Shown here: in pieces, positions 38,332 to 51,121 of the stretch
Position numbering within the stretch: the stretch's first letter is position 1
How the letters are laid out: every line of letters begins with the position of its first letter
Source: Octopus bimaculoides
Lineage: Eukaryota
Reading direction: 5' to 3'
Length of the DNA: 64,000 nucleotides
NCBI RefSeq assembly: GCF_001194135.2
Contig: NC_068981.1
Coordinates: 178,225,479 to 178,289,478 of the forward strand
Position numbers and translations under genes: made by a program
Notes under the pieces: generated by a model
Databases searched by the model: none
Told to the model about the DNA's origin: nothing
What the model saw: the letters and a program-made list of their open reading frames with translations, nothing else

Positions 38332-41029
38332 CACACACACACACACACACACATGGAGGGGAAGAGAGAGAGAGAGAGAGAGAGAGAGATGAAGAAATTC
38401 ACTTTGTAATTTCAAGGCTCTAAATTCTAAATTTGACTCCCTTTAGAAAAACTTGGGCAATGATTTGTATTCTTCCTAAGAAATCCTTTCAAATGGAAAG
38501 TGTACAGTTGTATGTTCAATAAATTCTATTCTGAAGGCCCGTCATTGTCACCAGCTAAACAATGAATTTTTTTAACTGAGGCAATAAAGACACATCTCTG
38601 AATGCTTTCTCTGATGGGAGTTGTACAGCTTCCAAGTTACAAATGCTACTGGAGAACAAATTCAGCTCTAAGACAGAAAATTGATGCCCAAGGATCAATT
38701 TTGTAAATATATGTGAAAATATCTACTTGTGATCAATTACATATTCAACCTACCTGAGCAGGTAATAGTACCATCACAAAGAGTAAAATCAAGAACAACT
38801 AAAAACCACATTTACCAACATTCATTACATCCTATCACCAAGTTTCATCCAAATTCATGCAATAGTTATACTTTATGATTTTTATACTGGACTAACAGCA
38901 TTTTCATCAATCTAACAGGATTAAGAAATTTACATACAGAAAACACTAGAGGAATTTAAGAGTTAAATAACAATTGTGCCAGTTGTCAAGCATGGCACAA
39001 TTATGCTTTGATTATATTTTACATAGAAATATTAATCTGGACAAACATGTGTATAGTATAATTTTTAAAAATCACTGCAAATACAAAGCATTAAGATAAC
39101 CTTCTGTTTGAATAGCAAATGAACTGTCACTTAAACATTAAAATCAAACTATTGCTGTGTTTGTTCATAACTTCAAAGTCTAAAAAAATCACAAGCTTAC
39201 TCCAGCTAAGATTTCATTTAAATGGCCTGACCTTTGTCTGTCTGTAGGGTGTAGTAAAATGAAATTTTATCCACTGAGTCGGCGACTGAAGGCACAAGGT
39301 GATTTGTAATTTGAGTACATTCTCAATAAAACAGGAAGACTTAAATAAAAAATAACTTAAACTAAACTACTATTCCTTTATAGTAGAAATGGAGATAATA
39401 TTTTCAGGACAATGATTATACTAAGGTTTACTTTTTCATTTTTGTCCTAATCAAAATATGACAAAGAGAATCTATTACTGCAACATTTAACATCATCAAA
39501 TGAAAATATATAAATATAGATAAAGTTGTGAAATTCTGTTGGTCCAATTTCAGATCATGATAAGCTCTTCTTAACTTCAAGGTTTAAACCTAAATAATCT
39601 TTACAAGACTGAACATAATTAATTGTATCAACTACTGTAAAGTGAAATAGAAATAATAACATTTTGTTAAGGTATGGAGTTTTACAATGGCATGAATGCA
39701 ATAGTGGAGTTAATGCAAGCAGGAAATGAAACCAGACAGTGGATATCCAACTAGAGTATAACTGTTAACCATAAATTTTTGTAATGATCACTATACAGTT
39801 GAAGAAAGCAGTATTTTTGTAACGTTCTCATGCTATATCATTTTCCCTTTCACTGCTGCCTTCTAGCAGAATAGTACATATTTTTTTGGAAGGGTGTAGA
39901 AGTAATTATTTATTGTTCCATTACACAAGAATGTTATTTTTAAGGAAAAATTTGTCCAAAATTTCTTCCATTTTCTTCACACACACACACACAGTCTGTT
40001 TCTCCTTTTGTCTGCAAAAATTGATAAAATGTTAATCTACAAGAGTAATAAAAATCAAACAATTGTATACTTCGTGAAGTTTTTTCTTTTTTCCAAAAAA
40101 ACTTTTAATGAATATTTTATTATTGTTATTGCTGTTATGTTTTTACCTTGCTAATAGAAAATCAATACATCAGCATTTTTCCATCTTAAAAGACAATGAA
40201 GATAGTGATCAGACTACTGCAGAAATAGTCTATTCTCTTCAGGACGCAAGCTTAGATAGTGTGTAGAGATGCTGAGCTACCAAGTCAAGATTTTTCTTTC
40301 AATATTACCAGAGGCATTTAGAGAAATGGAAGTATGAAGTTAAACAGCAGGAGCTGCCAAAGAGAAAGAATGAAAAGGAAAACGGAGAAACTGATATTGA
40401 AATGCTCATGTTGAAGGTGAAAATCTGCTTCTCATAAGGTTTTTCAAGATTTAAAAATCTCATCCTTTCTATTATTTTACTTAATTCCATCTAACTCATC
40501 TCTTCATGCCCATTCGTGTTACTAATTTATTTTACTCTCACTCTTCTAATCTTATTTTGGCAAAGAGCAGCTAAGCTTGTATTCTAGGAATGTAAAGAAA
40601 AAAAAACAGTCAGGGAAGAAATTTATATATTCCACATTTCAATGTGTTAACATATCATTAGTGATTGTATATAGCTGTATTAAACCTAATCTAATGCAAA
40701 GGAGCAATAATAATTGCACAGAACAAATGTGGTCCAAAAGTGATTACTGAATATCTTATCTTATATACAGTCAATGTTAAAAATTGACAGCATATAAGGC
40801 TGTTAAATTTCTAACAATGATATAACCTGAAATGGTGTATATGTCAAGTGAATATAATACAAGACTTCTGGCTCTGACCACACACATATATACATCCTAG
40901 TATAGCAATTACTGTGTCCCAGACAAGACATTTAACTTCACATATTTGAAAAGTCATACCTAAGAAATGAAGTAGTTGCCATATTATCAAAAATAAGTTA
41001 TTGTTGCTCTTTAGCACCAGATTAAAGTA

Positions 41030-41375
41030 GACCTTTAATCAAAAGTATTCCAACTGTGCATAGCCTGTCTTTTTCCAAGGCACAGCACTCAAGATCATAT
41101 TATCCAATGTGTCCATTTTTAAGACAGTAAAGAGTGAGCTGAAGACAGTTTGGCTGCTACATTTAGAAGATTAAATGACCATATAGAGGTTGGTTTATCG
41201 TCATTGTCTAGCCCAAAATCAGTCCTGATCCAGCACACCTATGATAAAAGGCAGACACGCTACGGCCAAGAATATATTAGATAATATAGTTCAAGGTACT
41301 ATGTACCTTGGATTATATTATTTGATATACTCTTTTCTAAGATTTAGCTATAATTTCTAGCAAGTTGCTCAACCA
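41030..41375. mobile_element. Rearranged family F repeats containing an internal 19-bp fold-back
   Basis: Repeated GACCT..ATCAAAAG / ATTATCCAATG / TTTGGCTGCTA segments and a palindrome at 41281-41321. Confidence 0.55.
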
Positions 41376-43569
41376 CATTGGGATTCCTTAGCTATGAAAG
41401 TTTGTGGATTTGTTCTGTTCCCTCTTAAGAACAGTTTTATTTACAGCAGAATTACTTTTGAGAAAGGGGCAAATACTATAGCTTCCAGATTTTGTCTTTC
41501 ATATCTGTAAAGCCTTTTTTTTTTTTAAAGATCCCATTTTTTTAAGAAATATAAAGTTTAAGAAAGACAGCAGACAGTGCATTTCCATAACATTTTGAAT
41601 AATTTGTTTATTCTTGAGCCTGATAAAGATAGAACCTCAATCAAAGGAAATGTAATCAAAAAGGAGTGACAAATGACAGAGAAAATACATTTTTAGTAGT
41701 ACTGCTACTCGTAATGTATGAGGCCAGTACCAAAGAATAGAGGTAAGATCTTCGCAAGTAGAGGGACTGTTACCCAGTTTTAATTCTAAGATGTAGCTTT
41801 TCGTTTCACTTGACTTTTTGAGGAAAGCATGAACATCACACAATCTCATTTGGACTTACCCATAAAATCTGAAGTCTTGTGCTCATTCAAGGAATCAATA
41901 TTTCCTGACTTACTGTAACCGATGGTAAAGTGCTACACTACATATACCCAGAATAGTAACTAGTTTGGTGTCTCCTATTTCTCAGTTCAACTCCAACATA
42001 CAGCTTATGCTTCCATACCTCAGAAATTGACAAAATAAATATCCTTAATATACTCTGATTGAATCAATTAACTAAACCCCTTTCCTTTCACGTAGCTCTT
42101 ACGACTAATGAAACAAAATCAGTGTTATACTAACAAAGAAAATAAATGATGAAATTGTCGATAAATGAATAGTTAGACGATTGGTTGTAACCATTTCTAA
42201 TTAACTGAAACAAATATATTTCTTTATCTTTTAAATACATTTTTTCTTTCATTAGTCTTTCTCAGAAAGATGAAGTAATTCATCTACAAAAGAAAAAAAT
42301 AGACCAAATCTTTGAAATATTTAATCATCTCCATATACAATGTCATTGATTTTTCTAGAAAACAGATTAAAAACTTCATAATAGTCAAAAGATACAATAA
42401 CTATAATAAAAATGTTTAAAAACACTAATTGTTTTTGTTTACTAACTGACGCCTAAAAATGCTTTTGGAGCATTTTCAAGGAAATACCAAGAAATATTTC
42501 AACTTCAAATTAAGAAAAATAAATTTTTAAAATGTTCTTAAATGTTATCAAATTTTAATTAAAACAGTGACTGTTCAAACAGCAAATTTCTCTTCTTAAT
42601 GGTTATCAAGCAACATGATTATGTATTCATTGCTCAGCAAAGTAAAAATCACAGTTCTTCAATATAGGAGCCTCTGCTCAGCTAATACAAATGGGAACTA
42701 AGTAATTGAAGGCTTTTATTATCAATATCTTCAATTTTAGCCAGTCAAGTATGATAAATACAATACACAATGCTAGCAGGAAGCACTAAACTCAATTACT
42801 TCTATGTTGTTTATTGATTTTATCCCTGTCCACTGATATGATTAATATTAAGCTAGACTTACAGGATGGCCTGAGAAAAGTACAGATGAGAAGGAAACTA
42901 TTTACTCAGATTCTTGCATGAAAAGCATTTGATACATTTCTGTGTGTAATTGTTTGTTTTTAGTCTTTATCTTTTTTTTCTTTTTTTTAATTTTTAAGAC
43001 TTAAGTAGCAATTTTAAAACATTTCAAACTAAATGGCTTTTTGCGTGGGTGTGTCTGTATCAAGATTAATTAACTAGCAATTAATTCGGAAATTATGTCA
43101 CAAATATATTTTAGTAATAGTCATAAAGTAGATGAATAATGAAGAATATATAGTATAATCACCCATTTGTATATGCTTCACTGTATACGACATGTGTAGA
43201 ATAAAATCCATACGCATATCATCATCATCATCATCATCATCATCGTTTAACGTCCGCTTTCCATGCTAGCATGGGTTGGACTGTTTCAATAATTTATGGT
43301 TTTGTTCAAAATGGACATAGGGTGTTTATATGCTTCTTGAATGTATTATGTCATTATGACATAATTTCCATAAGACTTGAATTCAAATCTGAACTATTTT
43401 CACTATGCCAGAAAAAGAAAATGAATTTAGTCCAAAAATTATTAATAACTATCACATATTATCTCTTCCCCTATCTTCCTCAAATGAAAATATAACAAAT
43501 TAATTAATTGGCTATTTTTTCTATTACTCTATACTGACAATAGACAGAATTACTGAAACAGGCATAGAT

Positions 43570-44110
43570 TACAGCCTATGCTGTAGCACCATCTTGAAGG
43601 ATTTTAGTCAAACAAAAAGACCCCAGTACTTATTCTTTCATTCAGTCTCTTTTTGCAAAACCACAAAGATGAAGGGATGTAAACAAACTAACACCATTTG
43701 TCAAGTAGAGGTGGGGGACAACTGCAAAAACATACACGATAGCTTTCTTTCAGTTTCTTTTTTCTTTACTGCCCACGGGGGCTAAACATAGAGGGGACAA
43801 ACAAGGACAGATAAAGGGATTAAGTCGATTATATCGACGCCAGTGCGTAACTGGTACTTATTTAATCGACCCCGAAAGGATGAAAAGCAAAGTCGACCTC
43901 GGCGGAATTTGAACTCAGAACGTAGCGGCAGACGAAATACCGCTAAGTATTTCGCCCGGCGTGCTAACGTTTCTGCCAGCTCACTGCCTTTCTTTCAGTT
44001 TCTATCTACCAAATTCCTTCACAAGGCTCTGGTTGGCTCAGGGTTATAGCAGAATACACTTGCTCAAGACACGCAGGAAGATTGAACCCCATTGGTTGGA
44101 AGGCAAGCAT
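43570..44110 (-). mobile_element. SINE family A interrupted by a younger family B insertion
   Basis: The family A tail and core (43570-43758) resume at 43991 after the insertion. Confidence 0.8.
43759..43990 (-). mobile_element. Young SINE family B copy with an alternative 3' tail and a 13-16-bp TSD
   Basis: CpG-rich with intact A/B boxes; TCTTTCAGTTTCT is duplicated at 43746-43758 and 43991-44003. Confidence 0.9.
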
Positions 44111-44982
44111 NNNNNNNNNNNNNNNNNNNNNNNNNNNNNNNNNNNNNNNNNNNNNNNNNNNNNNNNNNNNNNNNNNNNNNNNNNNNNNNNNNNNNNNNNN
44201 NNNNNNNNNNNNNNNNNNNNNNNNNNNNNNNNNNNNNNNNNNNNNNNNNNNNNNNNNNNNNNNNNNNNNNNNNNNNNNNNNNNNNNNNNNNNNNNNNNNN
44301 NNNNNNNNNNNNNNNNNNNNNNNNNNNNNNNNNNNNNNNNNNNNNNNNNNNNNNNNNNNNNNNNNNNNNNNNNNNNNNNNNNNNNNNNNNNNNNNNNNNN
44401 NNNNNNNNNNNNNNNNNNNNNNNNNNNNNNNNNNNNNNNNNNNNNNNNNNNNNNNNNNNNNNNNNNNNNNNNNNNNNNNNNNNNNNNNNNNNNNNNNNNN
44501 NNNNNNNNNNNNNNNNNNNNNNNNNNNNNNNNNNNNNNNNNNNNNNNNNNNNNNNNNNNNNNNNNNNNNNNNNNNNNNNNNNNNNNNNNNNNNNNNNNNN
44601 NNNNNNNNNNNNNNNNNNNNNNNNNNNNNNNNNNNNNNNNNNNNNNNNNNNNNNNNNNNNNNNNNNNNNNNNNNNNNNNNNNNNNNNNNNNNNNNNNNNN
44701 NNNNNNNNNNNNNNNNNNNNNNNNNNNNNNNNNNNNNNNNNNNNNNNNNNNNNNNNNNNNNNNNNNNNNNNNNNNNNNNNNNNNNNNNNNNNNNNNNNNN
44801 NNNNNNNNNNNNNNNNNNNNNNNNNNNNNNNNNNNNNNNNNNNNNNNNNNNNNNNNNNNNNNNNNNNNNNNNNNNNNNNNNNNNNNNNNNNNNNNNNNNN
44901 NNNNNNNNNNNNNNNNNNNNNNNNNNNNNNNNNNNNNNNNNNNNNNNNNNNNNNNNNNNNNNNNNNNNNNNNNNNNNNNNNN

Positions 44983-45040
<58 letters not shown>

Positions 45041-45074
45041 ACATACATATGTGTGTGCATACACATATATGGTT

Positions 45075-45470
45075 GAGCCTGAAAGCTTGACCATTATGTA
45101 AACCTCCTCAAGGAATGTGAAGACAGGCTGGAAAGCAAAGCATTTTCCAATTGAAGTCAGATGTAGATGATTTGTTGGACACAGTGTGAGGCAACTGTTG
45201 TTATTGTAAGGCCTAACTCATTGCAAAGTAGATACTACCATGACCAATATCCAAACTACAGTGGCAAAGGCTAGCCACTGGATTTGGTTAAAAAGAGATG
45301 ATGAGCGGTGGCTAGAATATAGAGCTTTATTTGATAACCAGATGATCTAGCAAGTGGGGCCCCATACCAGTGAGTGGGAGCCGGTGTGCATTGATGCTGT
45401 CGAGAGAAACAGCATGCATTCTCTCCTGATGACCCTATACTTTTGCTGGCTTCTGGTATGCAGAGCTTTT
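45075..45470 (+). pseudogene. Decayed HERO-like RLE non-LTR retrotransposon 3' end
   Basis: KLDHYVNLLKECE then (frameshift) GWKAKHFPIEVRCR*FVGHSVRQLL...GL...TVAKASHWIWLKRDDERW, matching the (V/I)EVGCRGF...AS.WIW.KR C-terminal motif of HERO-type RLE elements. Confidence 0.75.
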
Positions 45471-45509
45471 GACTGGTAGCACTTGCATGTGCAAGTTGTT
45501 TACAGATCC

Positions 45510-45566
<57 letters not shown>

Positions 45567-45975
45567 CATACATCTATGTGTGTACATACATATATGTATG
45601 CATATATATGTAAGTATGTATGTAATTTATGTTCATTCACCGATTCATTCATGTCCATTTTCCTTGCTAACAAGAGTGACACAAATATATTGTTGAGGTA
45701 TTATTTCAGAGCCAGACACTCTTCCAGTTATCTAACACCTATTTCTCAAGTAGAACACCTTGTATTTCACACTCCTTGTAGGGCACAAAGCAATCAGACA
45801 ATTTGTTGACAGAAGTGACAACAAGTCCAACGTTTGTAGCTCACAACTTCTGATGTACAAAAATGTAAACAAATACATGGATGATGGACTTTTTTTAACT
45901 TCCTATCTACCAAATTCAGTCAAGGAGTTGTAATTATAAACATATGTAAACACATATATACAATACACATGTGTA

Positions 45976-46011
<36 letters not shown>

Positions 46012-46112
46012 NNNNNNNNNNTATATAGCTTTTACATTCAATTATAATAAAAAAAAAATTTACATTAATTTGAAGGGTTACCCTACTAAGTACAAATTTA
46101 TCATTCTTAAAC

Positions 46113-46215
46113 AAGAATATTATTGACAGTAACTTTGAAGTTTTGGCCAGTTAAGCATCATCGGACAATGGCTCAGCTGGGGGAAAACTTTGAAGTCATT
46201 GTCAACAATATTCTT
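46113..46215. repeat. 32-bp imperfect inverted repeat, a small MITE-like hairpin
   Basis: AAGAATATTATTGACAGTAACTTTGAAGTTTT ... AAAACTTTGAAGTCATTGTCAACAATATTCTT; 27/32 Watson-Crick pairs. Confidence 0.85.
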
Positions 46216-46282
46216 ATTTAAGAATCATATACATACATATATACATATAGATAATTATATACACATTTATACATATTTATCA

Positions 46283-46510
46283 TAACTCAGTCTTAAAAAC
46301 CACTTTTCCATGCTTGCATGGATCAAAGTTTATTGAGACAGGTTTTCTATGGCTGGGTGCCCTTCCTGTTGCCAACCGTCACCTGTTTTCAAGCAACGTA
46401 ATTTTTCCCCATGGTTAGACATATTTTTGCAGAATATTGGAAATGAATGACACAGCTTGTAAACAGAGAAGCATATTTACAACTCATCACCAAAGTCAAG
46501 ACAAAGATAC
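46283..46510 (-). mobile_element. SINE family G 3' part
   Basis: Reverse complement has GGTTGGCAACAGGAAGGGCACCC...ATGCAAGCATGGAAAAGTGG; homologous to 50380-50605. Confidence 0.7.
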
Positions 46511-46552
46511 ATACGTGTGTATATATACATATATAAAAATATATATATATAA

Positions 46553-46609
<57 letters not shown>

Positions 46610-47256
46610 NNNNNNNNNNNNNNNNNNNNNNNNNNNNNNNNNNNNNNNNNNNNNNNNNNNNNNNNNNNNNNNNNNNNNNNNNNNNNNNNNNNNNNNNNNN
46701 NNNNNNNNNNNNNNNNNNNNNNNNNNNNNNNNNNNNNNNNNNNNNNNNNNNNNNNNNNNNNNNNNNNNNNNNNNNNNNNNNNNNNNNNNNNNNNNNNNNN
46801 NNNNNNNNNNNNNNNNNNNNNNNNNNNNNNNNNNNNNNNNNNNNNNNNNNNNNNNNNNNNNNNNNNNNNNNNNNNNNNNNNNNNNNNNNNNNNNNNNNNN
46901 NNNNNNNNNNNNNNNNNNNNNNNNNNNNNNNNNNNNNNNNNNNNNNNNNNNNNNNNNNNNNNNNNNNNNNNNNNNNNNNNNNNNNNNNNNNNNNNNNNNN
47001 NNNNNNNNNNNNNNNNNNNNNNNNNNNNNNNNNNNNNNNNNNNNNNNNNNNNNNNNNNNNNNNNNNNNNNNNNNNNNNNNNNNNNNNNNNNNNNNNNNNN
47101 NNNNNNNNNNNNNNNNNNNNNNNNNNNNNNNNNNNNNNNNNNNNNNNNNNNNNNNNNNNNNNNNNNNNNNNNNNNNNNNNNNNNNNNNNNNNNNNNNNNN
47201 NNNNNNNNNNNNNNNNNNNNNNNNNNNNNNNNNNNNNNNNNNNNNNNNNNNNNNNN

Positions 47257-47303
<47 letters not shown>

Positions 47304-47726
47304 ATATATATCATGATGGACTTCTTTCAGCTTCTGTCTACCATATCTCTACCTACAAGGTTTTAATCAGTCTTTTTTAATTATCTACCTTTTATAAGAA
47401 AATAAATGTAATTATGGGAAAAGAAACATTTATAAAGAAGAATTGTTAATATCCATGATGACACATATGTCAAAGATAATGCAATCTCAGACATCCTATT
47501 TCCATCGCCTGATACAACATTGTGAATTTTTTTTAAGAAATACAATAACTCTTGTAATGTACTTCAGAATAATGTAAGTACCCTTTCACAGAATAACTAT
47601 CTGAACACTATTCTTCATATACAGTGTATCAAACACAAAATATATATTTGAATGTGATCCAATGATGGAACCAAAATATGTGTTACATCCTGCCAGACAG
47701 TTATACTGTTCACATTCATGCTAGAA

Positions 47727-47968
47727 CAGGGGTCCCCAACTACTGGACTGCAGACCAGTGCCATGCCACACATAAACAATACCTCTTTTAAATTTTGTTT
47801 CTATTTTATTGATTATTGCTGTCTGCAGGGTGCCTCTATATTATATATGTAATAATTAAATTATATATTATGCACTTCATTGTGTTTTTTTGTGAGTCAT
47901 TCTTGGTCCATGGATAAAAATTGTCTTGCATAAAATAAATCAATGGTGCAAAAAATGGTTAGGACTTA
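47727..47968. mobile_element. hAT/Charlie-type MITE, decayed
   Basis: Left TIR CAGGGGTCCCCAAC; degenerate right end GGTGCAAAAAATGGTTAGGAC. Confidence 0.65.
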
Positions 47969-48572
47969 AAACTGGTCCACCATACTGTTTGCAACACCAT
48001 TTTACAAGAATTTAAATGTCCTTAAAATATTAATTAACACATTGCATTATACATTTCATAAATTTTTTTCTTCTTTTACTTATTTCATTAGAAAAATAAC
48101 AAAATTTCAACAAATACCCTGCCTTATCTGTAGCTACTACGTTTTTGGCCCAAGTTGGCTTTCAACCCATTTGTCCTTTGGATAGTATGCTTTTGACAAA
48201 TGTGTTTTAGATGAATATTCTTAAACCCAACACAACTAAGAGCAGACATTACATTTTAATCTTACAGAAGTCGTTATAATTTTTTCAGACTTCTTCTGTA
48301 TCAGATTCATCTATTTGTTTTTACAACCATCTTCCATACCAGCATGGGCTAGATAAATATATTATTGAAGGCTTCTTTCATAGCAGAATGTGCTTCCTGC
48401 TGCTAACCCTTATGTATTTTCCAAATAAGAAATGTCTTATTCCTTAATACTTTAAGGGTGCAAAGCCAGTGAATAAACCACTGACAGGAGATTTGACAAC
48501 ATTAATATTTGCACTTGAAGGATTTTTGGAAGAGTAAAAATGTAAACAAATACACATAAACATATATATATA

Positions 48573-48625
<53 letters not shown>

Positions 48626-49063
48626 NNNNNNNNNNNNNNNNNNNNNNNNNNNNNNNNNNNNNNNNNNNNNNNNNNNNNNNNNNNNNNNNNNNNNNNNNNN
48701 NNNNNNNNNNNNNNNNNNNNNNNNNNNNNNNNNNNNNNNNNNNNNNNNNNNNNNNNNNNNNNNNNNNNNNNNNNNNNNNNNNNNNNNNNNNNNNNNNNNN
48801 NNNNNNNNNNNNNNNNNNNNNNNNNNNNNNNNNNNNNNNNNNNNNNNNNNNNNNNNNNNNNNNNNNNNNNNNNNNNNNNNNNNNNNNNNNNNNNNNNNNN
48901 NNNNNNNNNNNNNNNNNNNNNNNNNNNNNNNNNNNNNNNNNNNNNNNNNNNNNNNNNNNNNNNNNNNNNNNNNNNNNNNNNNNNNNNNNNNNNNNNNNNN
49001 NNNNNNNNNNNNNNNNNNNNNNNNNNNNNNNNNNNNNNNNNNNNNNNNNNNNNNNNNNNNNNN

Positions 49064-49105
<42 letters not shown>

Positions 49106-49439
49106 TAGATGCATGCACATTAATGTGCATATATAATTATATGCATACATATCTATACATACACACACACATACATACATGACTATCCCTGCCTGTCCCC
49201 TTCATAACCCACACTAATCCCTTCCCTTTCACCACTCCCTTCCATAACCCCTCCCCCATTATTGTCTACAGTTACTCTTTGCACTACTACCCTCTCACAA
49301 CTAAAAATCTGCTCCTCTTGTGATATTTACCTCCCCCATTCCACCTTCTTTACCAGCCTACCCAGAAATATTGCACAAACATCCTTATTCTCTTTCGGTT
49401 ACTTTTGCAAATTACAAGGCTGCTGCAACAAAACAAGCA

Positions 49440-50605
49440 CCGAACACACTCTGCAAAGTGGTTGTCGTTAAGAAGGACATCAAGTCATAGAAACTGAAAA
49501 GCCATGCCAACGGATATTGAAGCATAACATAGTCAGTCTTCTGACTCATCAGATTTCACTAAGCAGTCCAACCTATGTCAGCACGTACATATATATATAT
49601 ATATTATATCCTAACATTTTTACTATACTATATATATATACTCTCTCTCTCTCTCTCTTTCTTATGACTGAATGAAATAGGCTGTGTGGTAGGAAGCTTG
49701 TTTACTAACCACATAGTTCTGGGTTCAGTCCCACTGCAGGGCACCTTAGGCAAATGTCTTCTACTCCTCAGGCCAACCAAAGCCTTGTGAGTGGATTCGG
49801 TAGACGGAAACTGTAAGAAGCACGTTGTGTGTGTGTGTGTGTGTGCGTGTCTCTTTGTGTCTGTATTTGTCCCCAACCACAGCTTGGCAACCAGTGTCGG
49901 TCTGTTTACACCCCTATAACTTAGCGGTTTGACTGAAGAGACCAGTACAATAAGTACCAGGCTTAACAAAAAATGAATGGGGTTGATTCATTCAACTTCA
50001 AATTTCTCAAGGACCAACAACACTGCTTGTAAGGTGGTGACACTTATTTACAACTATCATGCAATGCCAAAACAAGGAGACAGAGGCACACACATGCATG
50101 CACACATACACATACACACACAACAGGCTTCTTCCAGTTTCCATCAATAAATCCTCTAACAAAGGTTTGGTCAGCCCAGGGCTGTAATAGAGGACATTTG
50201 CCCAAGATGCTGAACAGGAACTGAACCTGAAACCATGTGGTTGGGAAACAAACTTTTTAACCATTCAGTCATACTGCCACCTCACACCCACATGTACATG
50301 TATGTACATGCAACTGTGAACATGTGTGTATTTGTGTGTGTGTGTGTATGTGTGCACGCACGCATGTGTGTGTGTTTGCACCTCCCTGTGTTGACATTGC
50401 ATGACAGCTGTAAACTGCATCACTGTCATATAAGCAGTGTCCAGCTTCAGGGAAATATTACCTTGCTTGGAAACAGATGAGAGTTGATGACAGGAAGAGC
50501 ATCTGGTCATACAAAAATCTGCTTCAGTAAGTTCTGTCTGACCTATGCAAGCATGGAAAAGTGGACAGTAATGGAAAAGTGGACAATAAAAAGTTGATGA
50601 TGAGG
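49440..50605. mobile_element. SINE cluster: C(+) 49440-49585, A(+) 49672-49990, A-type head(-) 50000-50280, G tail(+) 50380-50605
   Basis: Family-diagnostic head, core and tail motifs read directly. The G tail has a short internal duplication of ATGGAAAAGTGGACA. Confidence 0.7.
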
Positions 50606-50950
50606 ATGATGCATACTTACATAAATATATATAAATATAATAAATACATGCATACATTTATATACATAGAAATATATTCATATATTTATTACATATTAAT
50701 GAATATATATATATATAAACATAAATATGTGTATTTATGTATGCATAGACATATATAAGACACTTTATGCATAACATCTAATGTCTATAAATAATATACA
50801 TATAAATATATATAATATTTATAATGTACATAAATTGTATGTATAATATATATACACTTGTCTATATAATGTATAATTGCATGTACACAATATATAATAT
50901 AAAAATGTATGCGTATACATATGTACTTAAGTATGCATATGAGTGTGTGT

Positions 50951-50981
<31 letters not shown>

Positions 50982-51052
50982 CAATTATAATATTGTATAC
51001 AATACATATATTAGATATCATCTAAATATATATGCAAATATGTTACACATAT

Positions 51053-51120
<68 letters not shown>

Positions 51121-51121
<1 letters not shown>

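Noticed and set aside
40312-40416. Plus-strand 105-nt open segment RHLEKWKYEVKQQELPKRK...
   Set aside because: Weak donor (GTGAAA), no family recognised, and no neighbouring + strand exons.
40584-40600. miR-1-like GGAATGTAAAGAA
   Set aside because: Partial match running into poly-A, with no hairpin.
45400-45440. GAAAC...CTGATGA in the HERO-like 3' UTR as a type II hammerhead
   Set aside because: Helix II and III pairings and the NUH site cannot be formed.
49525-49560. Hammerhead-like CTGATGA-GTCAG/CTGAC on the minus strand
   Set aside because: The required GAAA after helix II is absent (TATG), and it lies in a decayed SINE.
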